Shown: in pieces, positions 1 through 7,541 of the stretch
How the letters are laid out: each line of letters opens with the position of its first letter
How positions within the stretch are numbered: the first letter of the stretch is position 1
DNA from: Thermodesulfobacteriota bacterium
Lineage (GTDB): Bacteria; Desulfobacterota_D; UBA1144; Nemesobacterales; N074bin48
Reading direction: 5' to 3'
DNA: 10,125 nt
Assembly (NCBI GenBank): GCA_041572575.1
Contig: JBFFSH010000088.1
Location: 1-10,125 of the forward strand
The notes under the pieces: model-generated
The model's input: only the letters and a program-made list of their open reading frames with translations
Told to the model about the DNA's origin: nothing
Database searches by the model: none
Program-made: the position numbers and the translations under genes

Positions 1-106
1 GCACCGATGTTATGGCTGCTGTAAGAGTAGTCTTCCCGTGGTCTACGTGTCCCACTGTGCCTATGTTTAAGTGTGGTTTGCCTCGCTCAAATTTTTGCTT
101 TGACAT
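1..106 (-). CDS. tuf: Elongation factor Tu, N-terminal 35 codons (continues beyond left edge)
   Basis: Manual translation from ATG at 106: [35 protein letters not shown], containing the EF-Tu G1 motif [11 protein letters not shown] sequences upstream; follows the Thr-Tyr-Gly-Thr tRNA cluster as in tufB operons. Not in the ORF track. Confidence 0.98.
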   Translation of the reverse strand, partial: MSKQKFERGKPHLNIGTVGHVDHGKTTLTAAITSV

Positions 107-110
107 CTTA

Positions 111-123
111 CTCCTTACCTCCT
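111..123 (-). promoter_or_regulatory. Tandem Shine-Dalgarno sequences of tuf
   Basis: Minus strand reads AGGAGG-TA-AGGAG-TAAG-ATG; SD-to-ATG spacings of 11 and 4 nt. Confidence 0.85.
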
Positions 124-153
124 GCTTTTGTTTAAAATTTATCTAATCAAAAT

Positions 154-226
154 AGCCCACGATCGGACTTGAACCGACGACCTCATCCTTACCAAGGATG
201 TGCTCTACCGACTGAGCTACGTGGGC
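154..226 (-). tRNA. tRNA-Thr(GGT)
   Basis: GCCCACGTAGCTCAGTCGGTAGAGCACATCC-TTGGTAA-GGATGAGGTCGTCGGTTCAAGTCCGATCGTGGGCT; full cloverleaf, anticodon GGT, no encoded CCA. Confidence 0.98.
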
Positions 227-236
227 AGAGTTTTCG

Positions 237-310
237 AGCGGGAGACGGGATTCGAACCCGCGACCCTCAGCTTGGAAGGCTGATGCTCTAGCCAACTGAG
301 CTACTCCCGC
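237..310 (-). tRNA. tRNA-Gly(TCC)
   Basis: GCGGGAGTAGCTCAGTTGGCTAGAGCATCAGC-CTTCCAA-GCTGAGGGTCGCGGGTTCGAATCCCGTCTCCCGCT; anticodon TCC, followed by CGA rather than CCA. Confidence 0.98.
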
Positions 311-364
311 GGTAAAATATTTTTTATGAATATATTTCATTTCAAGTTTTATATTGATTATTTA

Positions 365-446
365 TGGGGAGGGCAGGATTCGAACCTACGTAGGCATTGC
401 CGGCAGATTTACAGTCTGCTGCTTTTGACCACTCAGCCACCTCCCC
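365..446 (-). tRNA. tRNA-Tyr(GTA)
   Basis: GGGGAGGTGGCTGAGTGGTCAAAAGCAGCAGA-CTGTAAA-TCTGCCGGCAATGCCTACGTAGGTTCGAATCCTGCCCTCCCCA; anticodon GTA, long variable arm (GGC-AAT-GCC) typical of bacterial Tyr, discriminator A. Confidence 0.98.
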
Positions 447-530
447 TATATCCCAATTTTTTTTATTTTTATTTATTTATTAATATGTTTTTCTAATTTG
501 GTTTTAATCTTAATGAGCTATTAATTTAAG

Positions 531-602
531 AGCTGGCGAAGGGATTTGAACCCCCGACCTGCTGATTACAAATCAGCTGCTCTTCCACTGAGCTACGCCA
601 GC
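531..602 (-). tRNA. tRNA-Thr(TGT)
   Basis: GCTGGCGTAGCTCAGTGGAAGAGCAGCTGA-TTTGTAA-TCAGCAGGTCGGGGGTTCAAATCCCTTCGCCAGCT; anticodon TGT, no encoded CCA. Confidence 0.97.
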
Positions 603-651
603 TGATTAATTTAAAAAATATAAACCACTCCTGTTTTGAATTAAGCGGAAT

Positions 652-679
652 ATCATAACAGTAGGTATTGCTTTGTCAA
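652..679 (-). promoter_or_regulatory. Sigma70 promoter of the tRNA-tuf operon
   Basis: TTGACA (679-674), 16-nt spacer, TATGAT (657-652) with an extended -10 TGn; A/T-rich tract upstream; 16-nt spacers are typical of stable-RNA promoters; about 50 nt upstream of the first tRNA. Confidence 0.85.
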
Positions 680-692
680 ATAGAAATTTAAG

Positions 693-729
693 AAAAAAAC
701 AGTTGCTGTAAAGAGAATTATTACGCAAC
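693..729 (-). terminator. Probable intrinsic terminator after fabZ
   Basis: Minus strand GTTGCGTAA-(9-nt loop)-TTAC(A)GCAAC: 9-bp stem with one bulge, followed by TG-T7; about 60 nt downstream of the fabZ stop. Confidence 0.6.
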
Positions 730-791
730 AAAACAAATCAGTTAATTATGTAATTTATTTATCAAATCCTAAAAAGACATTCATATTCACT

Positions 792-1226
792 CTATTGCTT
801 GGCAAATACAGAAGCTAAGATTTCAGCCTGTGCTACAACCGAATCTCCAACCTTAGCCTCTCCACTAAGTTTCCATAGTCTGGATCTGGCCTTTAGAAGG
901 TTCACACTTAATATGACTTCATCATCTGGAACAACCGGTTTTTTAAACCTCACACTTTCCAGCCCTGCAAGTGCAGGAAGCATATCTTTTATATCTTCCT
1001 TAAAGCTTTCATAGACCAATATGCCCCCAACCTGTGCTAAGGCTTCTACAATTATAACCCCCGGCACTACGGGGCTTCCGGGAAAATGGCCTTCGAAGAA
1101 ATATTCATCACGTGAAAACTTCCTTATAGCCTCTATTTTTTCACCTTTATCTATACTTATTATTCTATCTATAAATAAAAAAGGGGCCCTGTGAGGCAGA
1201 ATGCTTTTTATATAATCTATATCCAT
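792..1226 (-). CDS. fabZ: 3-hydroxyacyl-ACP dehydratase FabZ
   Basis: LPHRAPFLFIDR and FFEGHFPGSPVVPGVIIVEALAQ (catalytic His/Glu), RFKKPVVP; 144 aa hot-dog fold size; no LpxC fusion. Confidence 0.97.
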   Translation of the reverse strand: MDIDYIKSILPHRAPFLFIDRIISIDKGEKIEAIRKFSRDEYFFEGHFPGSPVVPGVIIVEALAQVGGILVYESFKEDIKDMLPALAGLESVRFKKPVVPDDEVILSVNLLKARSRLWKLSGEAKVGDSVVAQAEILASVFAKQ

Positions 1227-1271
1227 TATAGTATTTTTAACAATTATTAAAGATAAGTATTATAAAGATAT

Positions 1272-1787
1272 TTAGTTTTTCTGGTCATATGCTTTTATGA
1301 CTTTTTGTGTGATATCCACAGTATCATTGCCATAAATAACACCGCTTTCGGTTTTTTCTACTATTAAGGAATAACCTTCACTTGTACCAATATTCTTTAT
1401 AACGCTTTCAAGTTCTTTTAGTATTTTCTGTGTAAGTTCAAAATCTTTTTTCTGAAGTTCATCTCTAAAATCATCCCTTAGCCTTGCAAGCTCTTTTTTC
1501 TTTTTGTTAAGTTCCTCAGCCCTTCTCTTTCTTGCTTCAGAATCCATAAGTGGTGATTGGTTAATAAACTCCTGTTCTTCCTGAGCGAGCACTTTGGCTT
1601 TATTTTCAATAATCTGTCTTTTTCTATTAAACTCTACTTCAAAAGAAGATTTTGCCGCTTTTCCTGCTTTAGAGTTTTGAATAACACTTTGTAGGTCTAT
1701 ATAACCTATCTTTGTAGCAGCATCTGCAAACATTGCTCCAGATATGCTAAATACCATAAATGCCAAAACTGTAATAACTTTTCTCAT
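1272..1787 (-). CDS. skp: Periplasmic chaperone Skp/OmpH
   Basis: Signal peptide, KIGYIDLQSVI N-terminal strand, long basic coiled coil, C-terminal DITQKVIK; directly after bamA; SD AGGAGG. Confidence 0.95.
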   Translation of the reverse strand: MRKVITVLAFMVFSISGAMFADAATKIGYIDLQSVIQNSKAGKAAKSSFEVEFNRKRQIIENKAKVLAQEEQEFINQSPLMDSEARKRRAEELNKKKKELARLRDDFRDELQKKDFELTQKILKELESVIKNIGTSEGYSLIVEKTESGVIYGNDTVDITQKVIKAYDQKN

Positions 1788-1808
1788 TCTTGCCTCCTGA
1801 TTTTATTC

Positions 1809-4106
1809 TTAGAATAAATTTCCTACAGTAAATTGTATTTCAAAGCTGTCCTCATCTTCGAGTCTGTCTCCAATGGGAAAGCCAATATCAAGTTTCAAAG
1901 GGCCTAGTGGTGATAACCACCTGAACCCAAAGCCTACATTTCTTCTTAAATCGCCCGGATCAAGACTAAGTTCTTCTCCGTCATTATAAGCATTACCAAC
2001 ATCTACGAATAGTACTCCCTTAACATTAACCTGTTTTAGTAAAGGAACTATATACTCTGCAGATATTAGAAGTTCCTGAGTACCACCGATAATTACAAAA
2101 TCACCATCATCTGTTGGTACTCTGGCACCAACCCTTCTAAACTTAAATCCTCTAAGTGAGTTTGGGCCGCCCAGGAAAAATCTTTCACCAACCACAAGGT
2201 CATTACCAACATCCATAAGATTCAAATATCCATATCTACCTGTAAATGCCAGCACTGTACTCTTCCATGCAGGATAAAAATACTTTGCACTTGCCCTGTA
2301 CTTAACAAAATCAGTATCACCTCCAAACGGGCCTCCATATTCGATGGATGTCCTTGCAACAAGACCTCCGGTAGGATCTAGAAAATTGTTTCTAGAATCC
2401 CATACAAAACCAGCTGAAAGACTGCTTAGGGTTCTGGATGATTCTGTAATAATAAGTCTAGCATCACCAAAAACATCACCAATGTCCTGGTTTTCAAACC
2501 TGTAGCCTACCTCTCCTCTTAGAAATCTCCATAGTCTTCTTCCAAAAGTAAGCGCTGCGCCAAAGGATTTTCTGTCAAAATCCCTAAACTCTCTGTCAGT
2601 TCTAAAAATTCTGGCGTTCATATTCCAGTCAGAATCAAGGAATACCGGATCAGAGTAGTTTAATGAAAACAGCTGTGTTACTCCTCCTATCTGGGCTGAT
2701 AATGAAATCTGTTTACCATAGCCAAATAGGTTTGACTCTTGAATCTGTCCGGAGAAAAGCACAGTTTCTACAGAGCTAAACCCTCCAGCAACGCTAAAAA
2801 ATCCAGTTGGTTTTTCTTTTACATTAACATTGAGGTCAACCTGATCATCTGCACCGGGCACTCTTTCAGTATCCACCTGGACATCATCTTCAAAATAACC
2901 TCTTCTAAAAATACGTGGTTTAATTGAGCGTATTTGAGTTGCATTATACAAACTTTGTTCCTGAATAGGAATCTCTCTTCTTATTACTTTATCTCTAGTT
3001 CTTTCATTTCCAGCAATATCAATCCTTCTCACATAGACTTCTTTACCTTTTTCTATAGTAAAAGTAGCATCAACATCTAATGTCTCTTTATTTGGTATTA
3101 TCCTGGGATCAACATTAGCAAATGCATAACCCTTATCACCGTAGTATGTTGTTAGTATATTAATATCGTCTCCAACATAACTGCTTTTAAATATTTCACC
3201 CTGTTTCAATTTTAATAAACCAACCAGCTCTTCTTTTGTTACAATCAAATCTCCATTCACACTAACACTGCTCACTGTATATTGAGGACCCTCTTCTACC
3301 CTAAATGTAATTATATGGCCCTCTTTCTCCTCACTGTACACTTTTTCAGGTTTGCTTACATTTACATCCAGATATCCGTTATCAAGGTAAACAGCACGAA
3401 TCCTGTCCGAGTCCCTTTCGATTTCTTCTGGTCTGTAAAGCCCCCTTGAAGTAATGAATGAGATAATGCTTTTTGGCTTGGAGTAAATCTTTTCCAGTAT
3501 TTCATCAGATTTAATTGAATCATTTCCCTCAAACTGCACTTTTTTGATATAAGATTTCTTTCCTTCCTTAATATCTATATTGAGCTCAATTGTTCCTTCT
3601 CCTCTGGGCTCAATGGAATAATCAACCTCTGTAGGTATTATGCCTCTTTCAGAGTAAAGTTTTCTAATTGAATCGAGAGTATTATTAAGACTGGTAATAT
3701 CAACGATCTGCCCTTCATTCAAACTAAGAACATCTGTTATTGTTTCAGTACTAAGTTCGTCATTTCCATTAATTCTAATATCTACAACCACTGGTTTTTC
3801 TGTAAGTTTATAGATGAGGATAACACCATCATCTGTTTGATCTATTTCAGCAACAACATCATCGAAATATCCCAGTTTAAAGATACTCTTTATATCATCG
3901 CTCACAGCACTGCTTGATAGCTTATCGCCTGCAGATACCGATACCTTAGATTCAATAAGCTGTGTCTCTATCCTTCTATTACCAACCACAATTACTTCTA
4001 TTATCTGACTGCCGTCAGAGGACATGAGGGGAGTGGGACTAAGAACTAGTCCAATTAGCATGGTATGCAATAACACTAAATATATTTTTGCAGAATTAAT
4101 TCTCAT
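1809..4106 (-). CDS. bamA: Outer membrane protein assembly factor BamA (Omp85)
   Basis: Signal peptide, repeated POTRA starts (GNRRI, GNDEL, GNDSI, GDLIV, GNERTRDKVIRRE), FFLGGPNSLRGF loop-6 motif, WLSPLGPL, C-terminal Phe; 765 aa; overlaps the lolD end by 11 nt. Confidence 0.98.
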   Translation of the reverse strand: MRINSAKIYLVLLHTMLIGLVLSPTPLMSSDGSQIIEVIVVGNRRIETQLIESKVSVSAGDKLSSSAVSDDIKSIFKLGYFDDVVAEIDQTDDGVILIYKLTEKPVVVDIRINGNDELSTETITDVLSLNEGQIVDITSLNNTLDSIRKLYSERGIIPTEVDYSIEPRGEGTIELNIDIKEGKKSYIKKVQFEGNDSIKSDEILEKIYSKPKSIISFITSRGLYRPEEIERDSDRIRAVYLDNGYLDVNVSKPEKVYSEEKEGHIITFRVEEGPQYTVSSVSVNGDLIVTKEELVGLLKLKQGEIFKSSYVGDDINILTTYYGDKGYAFANVDPRIIPNKETLDVDATFTIEKGKEVYVRRIDIAGNERTRDKVIRREIPIQEQSLYNATQIRSIKPRIFRRGYFEDDVQVDTERVPGADDQVDLNVNVKEKPTGFFSVAGGFSSVETVLFSGQIQESNLFGYGKQISLSAQIGGVTQLFSLNYSDPVFLDSDWNMNARIFRTDREFRDFDRKSFGAALTFGRRLWRFLRGEVGYRFENQDIGDVFGDARLIITESSRTLSSLSAGFVWDSRNNFLDPTGGLVARTSIEYGGPFGGDTDFVKYRASAKYFYPAWKSTVLAFTGRYGYLNLMDVGNDLVVGERFFLGGPNSLRGFKFRRVGARVPTDDGDFVIIGGTQELLISAEYIVPLLKQVNVKGVLFVDVGNAYNDGEELSLDPGDLRRNVGFGFRWLSPLGPLKLDIGFPIGDRLEDEDSFEIQFTVGNLF

Positions 4107-4767
4107 TTACGATCTTGCCATCAAGCAAATTAATTTTTCTATCAAAATATGAGGACACATATGTATTATGAGTTACTACAATTATGGATACATTATACTC
4201 TTTGTTTAATTTGACAAATAAATCTATAATAGACGATCCAGTTTTTTGATCAAGGTTACCTGTTGGTTCATCTGCAAAAATCACATTTGGTTTTAATATA
4301 ATCGATCTTGCTATGGCAACCCTTTGCTGCTCTCCACCTGAAAGTTCACCTGGTCTGTGAGTAACCCTATCACCAAGCCCAACATCCTCCAGCCCTTTTA
4401 ATGCAAGCTGTTCAGCTTCTGTTTTATTCATCCCTTTAATTAGTGCGGGCATCATAACATTTTCCAAGGCATTAAATTCAGCTAAAAGATAATGAAACTG
4501 GAAAACAAATCCAATATGATTATTTCTAAATTTAGCGATCTCACTGTCTGACTTATCCAGCAAATCTTCGCCATCATACTTTATATCACCTTTTGAAGGA
4601 TGATCAAGTGCGCCCATTAAATGCAGTAGAGTGCTTTTCCCTGAGCCTGATACCCCCTCAATAGCAAGTGACTGGCCCTGATCAATCTTTAGGTCAATCC
4701 CCCTTAGAGCCTGCACCTTTGAGCCATTGGTTTCATATACCTTCCATAAATCAGATACTTCTATCAA
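4096..4767 (-). CDS. lolD: Lipoprotein-releasing ABC transporter ATP-binding protein LolD
   Basis: Walker [20 protein letters not shown] (LolD motif), [25 protein letters not shown] start with GGGAG about 10 nt upstream. Confidence 0.95.
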   Translation of the reverse strand: MIEVSDLWKVYETNGSKVQALRGIDLKIDQGQSLAIEGVSGSGKSTLLHLMGALDHPSKGDIKYDGEDLLDKSDSEIAKFRNNHIGFVFQFHYLLAEFNALENVMMPALIKGMNKTEAEQLALKGLEDVGLGDRVTHRPGELSGGEQQRVAIARSIILKPNVIFADEPTGNLDQKTGSSIIDLFVKLNKEYNVSIIVVTHNTYVSSYFDRKINLLDGKIVNEN

Positions 4768-4782
4768 ATAAATTATTCTCCC

Positions 4783-6081
4783 TTATTCATATCTAAGTGC
4801 TTCAACAGGATCTTTCCTCGAAGCCTGAAACGATGGATATAGAGTTGCCAATAAACATATTAATAAACTTGTTACAGCTACACCTATAAAATAAATCGGT
4901 TCAATTTTAACTGGAAATCCAGAAACATAATAGACATGGGGATCAAATGGGATCAAGCCCTTAACAAATTCCGAAGTCTTTAATAAATAACATATAAGAT
5001 ATCCCAAAATCGTACCAATTGTTGTACCTACAAATCCTATAATCATCCCTTCTGTTAGAAATATATTAAGAATACTGTTTCTTGATGCGCCCATTGCTTT
5101 TAGGATTGCTATATCCCTGTTTTTTTCCATAACAACCATGGTTAGCGTACTAATAATATCCAGTGCGGCTACAAGGATAATAAAAGTAAGGAATATTCCA
5201 ATGGCAATTCTCTCAAGCTTAAGAGCCTTAAAAAGACTCTGATTTACATCCTCCCAGTTTCTGGTGTAAAAAGGATATCCTAAATGATCTTTTAGCTCGG
5301 CACTGAGTGATTTGGCTTCAAAAGCATTTTCTGATTTAAGCTCAATTCCCGATACCTTATCTTTCATATCAAAAAACTTCATAGCATCTTTGATTGCAAC
5401 ATATGATATAGATGAATCATACTCCAGCATTCCATAATCGAATATTGCAAGAACCTCAAATTTTCTTACTTTTGGAATATGTCCCAATGGGCCAATCTTG
5501 CCAAAAGGGGACACCAGGTTTATTTCATCTCCTATTATAACTCCAAGCGATGCCGCGAGTTCCTTTCCTATTATTATAGGCGGATATCCGGATAGAGTTT
5601 TGTGATCCAGCTTGCCGAGGAGTTCCTTGCCGTATTCTCTATGTTGCTCTACTGTTTTTTTGTTGCGGTCGAAGTCAGAACCCTTGCCAATGGCTTCATA
5701 AATATTAATAACTTTACCTGCAGACTCCGGCTTTATGCCCCTTACGACTGCGCCCGTAACATTAGAACCTGCTACTAGCATCCCCTGACCATAAACAAAC
5801 GGGCTTGCTCCGGTAACACCCTTATATTCTGATATTTTTTTCGTAAGCTCATCATAGCCTTCAAAAGCGCCATTATAGTTTAACACTACTACATGAGCAT
5901 TAACTCCTAGAATTTTCTCCCTAAGCTCATCTGCAAAGCCTTTCATTACACCAAGAACTACATTTAGAGACATAACTCCAATTATTACACCCACGATTGA
6001 AATAAGCCCTATGATCGAGACAAAGCTCTGCTTATTTCTGGATTTTAGATATCGGAGTCCAATGAAAAATTCGTATCTCAT
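4783..6081 (-). CDS. Lipoprotein-releasing ABC transporter permease, LolC/E family (single copy, LolF-like)
   Basis: FIGLRYL N-terminus, TM1, periplasmic domain with IIIGKELA, VMEKNRDIAILKAMGAS, C-terminal PVEALRYE; adjacent to lolD; ATGA overlap with lysS. Confidence 0.95.
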   Translation of the reverse strand: MRYEFFIGLRYLKSRNKQSFVSIIGLISIVGVIIGVMSLNVVLGVMKGFADELREKILGVNAHVVVLNYNGAFEGYDELTKKISEYKGVTGASPFVYGQGMLVAGSNVTGAVVRGIKPESAGKVINIYEAIGKGSDFDRNKKTVEQHREYGKELLGKLDHKTLSGYPPIIIGKELAASLGVIIGDEINLVSPFGKIGPLGHIPKVRKFEVLAIFDYGMLEYDSSISYVAIKDAMKFFDMKDKVSGIELKSENAFEAKSLSAELKDHLGYPFYTRNWEDVNQSLFKALKLERIAIGIFLTFIILVAALDIISTLTMVVMEKNRDIAILKAMGASRNSILNIFLTEGMIIGFVGTTIGTILGYLICYLLKTSEFVKGLIPFDPHVYYVSGFPVKIEPIYFIGVAVTSLLICLLATLYPSFQASRKDPVEALRYE

Positions 6082-7541
6082 TCAGGTCTTAGGTGTGGAA
6101 AAAGTAGTACTTCTCTTATTGAGGGGGAGTTTGTAAGAAGCATGACAAGCCTGTCTATTCCTATACCTGCACCTGCAGTGGGAGGCATACCATACTCAAG
6201 GCAGTGCACATAATCAGAGTCCATTTCATGATATTCTTCTTCACCCTTTGATTTTTGTTCAATCTGATTTTCGAATCTTTGTTTTTGATCCTGAGGATCA
6301 TTTAATTCTGAAAAGGCATTGGCTATCTCTTTTCCTGATATATATAGCTCAAATCTGTCAGTAATAGTTGGATCATCATCATTCTTTCTTGCAAGCGGAG
6401 AAATATCCAGAGGAAATCCATATACAAAAGTTGGATTGTTTAACTTCTCGCCAGTAACAGTTTCAAATATCTCCATAAGAGCCTTACCTCTAATATTGTT
6501 ATGCTCAAGACCCATCGAATCTGCTTTTTTAAATAGAGCTTGCTCATCACTAAACTCTTTATCGCTTAGGGTTTCTTTTAAAGACTCCATAATATTTATT
6601 CTCGGCCACGGAGCAGACAAATCTATCTTGGTGTCAACATAATCTATTTGAAGAGTGCCTAGTAATTCCCTTGTAACGTGGATAATAAGATCTTCTATTA
6701 AGTCCATAAGATCTGTATAGGTTGAATATGACTGATAGAATTCTATCATTGTAAATTCCGGATTATGCTGTGTAGAGATGCCTTCATTTCTAAAAGTCCT
6801 TCCAATTTCGTAAACTTTTTCAATACCGCCAACTACAAGCCTTTTGAGATATAGTTCAGGAGCTATTCTTAGATAAAGCTCCATATCAAGGGCATTGTGG
6901 TGGGTTTTAAACGGTTTTGCGGTAGCCCCCCCAGCTATAGGATGCAGGATCGGGGTTTCCACCTCTACATAACCCCTGTCATCCATATACTTTCTTATTA
7001 GTTTAATTATTTTTGATCTATTGAGAAATATATCTTTTATTCCCTCATTAGATATTAAGTCTAGGTAACGCTGTCTGTAACGAAGTTCAACATCTTTTAG
7101 CCCGTGCCATTTTTCAGGAAGTGTCTTAAGGGACTTAGTAATAATTACTATTTCAGTTGTATTTAATGTGAGTTCTTCAGTTTTTGTTTTAAACAGTTTT
7201 CCAGTTACACCAACAAAATCGCCTATATCTATAAATTTTTTAAAAAATTTTATTTTCTCTTCGCCAATCTGATTTTTTTGTATAAAGCACTGCATCTTTC
7301 CACTTGAATCTTTAACATGAAAAAAAGCACTCTTGCCAAAATCTCTAATTGAAATAACCCTTCCCGCAATAGAAAACTCAGCCTCCATGGCTTTTAGTTG
7401 TTCTCCATCCTTATCAGAGTATTTATCGATCAACTCCGAGGTCATATTGGCCGGCTTGAAGTCGTTTGGGTAAGGATTAACCCCCTGCTCGATAAGCTCA
7501 TTTACTTTGTTTATTCTTTGTAGAGTTAGATCGTTTTCCAT
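6078..7541 (-). CDS. lysS: Lysyl-tRNA synthetase, class II
   Basis: OB-fold N-terminus, LPEKWHGL, RYRQRYLDL, GGATAKPF, LRIAPELYLKRL, FRNEG, HNPEF, YGMPPTAGAGIGIDRLVMLL. Confidence 0.99.
   Translation of the reverse strand: MENDLTLQRINKVNELIEQGVNPYPNDFKPANMTSELIDKYSDKDGEQLKAMEAEFSIAGRVISIRDFGKSAFFHVKDSSGKMQCFIQKNQIGEEKIKFFKKFIDIGDFVGVTGKLFKTKTEELTLNTTEIVIITKSLKTLPEKWHGLKDVELRYRQRYLDLISNEGIKDIFLNRSKIIKLIRKYMDDRGYVEVETPILHPIAGGATAKPFKTHHNALDMELYLRIAPELYLKRLVVGGIEKVYEIGRTFRNEGISTQHNPEFTMIEFYQSYSTYTDLMDLIEDLIIHVTRELLGTLQIDYVDTKIDLSAPWPRINIMESLKETLSDKEFSDEQALFKKADSMGLEHNNIRGKALMEIFETVTGEKLNNPTFVYGFPLDISPLARKNDDDPTITDRFELYISGKEIANAFSELNDPQDQKQRFENQIEQKSKGEEEYHEMDSDYVHCLEYGMPPTAGAGIGIDRLVMLLTNSPSIREVLLFPHLRPE

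Noticed and set aside
143..340. 65-aa minus-strand ORF
   Set aside because: It is a read-through of the tRNA-Gly and tRNA-Thr genes (AGVAQLARA, AHVAQSVEH are typical tRNA translations); no SD.
447..530. 84-nt spacer containing TAGCTCA, possible relic tRNA
   Set aside because: No acceptor stem, T-loop or anticodon arm; the rest is low-complexity A/T.
154..602. tRNA cluster as an integration site for a phage or island
   Set aside because: No duplicated tRNA 3' end, integrase or foreign cargo; the spacers are short.
625..632. SD-like AGGAGTGG in the tRNA operon leader
   Set aside because: No start codon at usable spacing before the tRNA.
730..757. Possible dif site (TTATGTAATTT resembles the XerD arm)
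   Set aside because: Mismatches in the XerD arm, no XerC arm and no dyad symmetry.
799..1014. 71-aa plus-strand ORF
   Set aside because: Antisense shadow of fabZ; Ser-rich, no recognisable motif.
1306..1320. DnaA-box-like TGTGTGATATCCACA
   Set aside because: Encodes the conserved Skp VDITQ motif; explained by coding.
2739..2927. 62-aa plus-strand ORF
   Set aside because: Antisense within bamA; no RBS or motif.
4936..4957. Short tandem repeat ATGG(G)GATCAA x2 in the Lol permease
   Set aside because: Two imperfect copies, frame intact, encodes the ordinary LIPFDPH loop.
6319..6642. 107-aa plus-strand ORF
   Set aside because: Antisense shadow of lysS.
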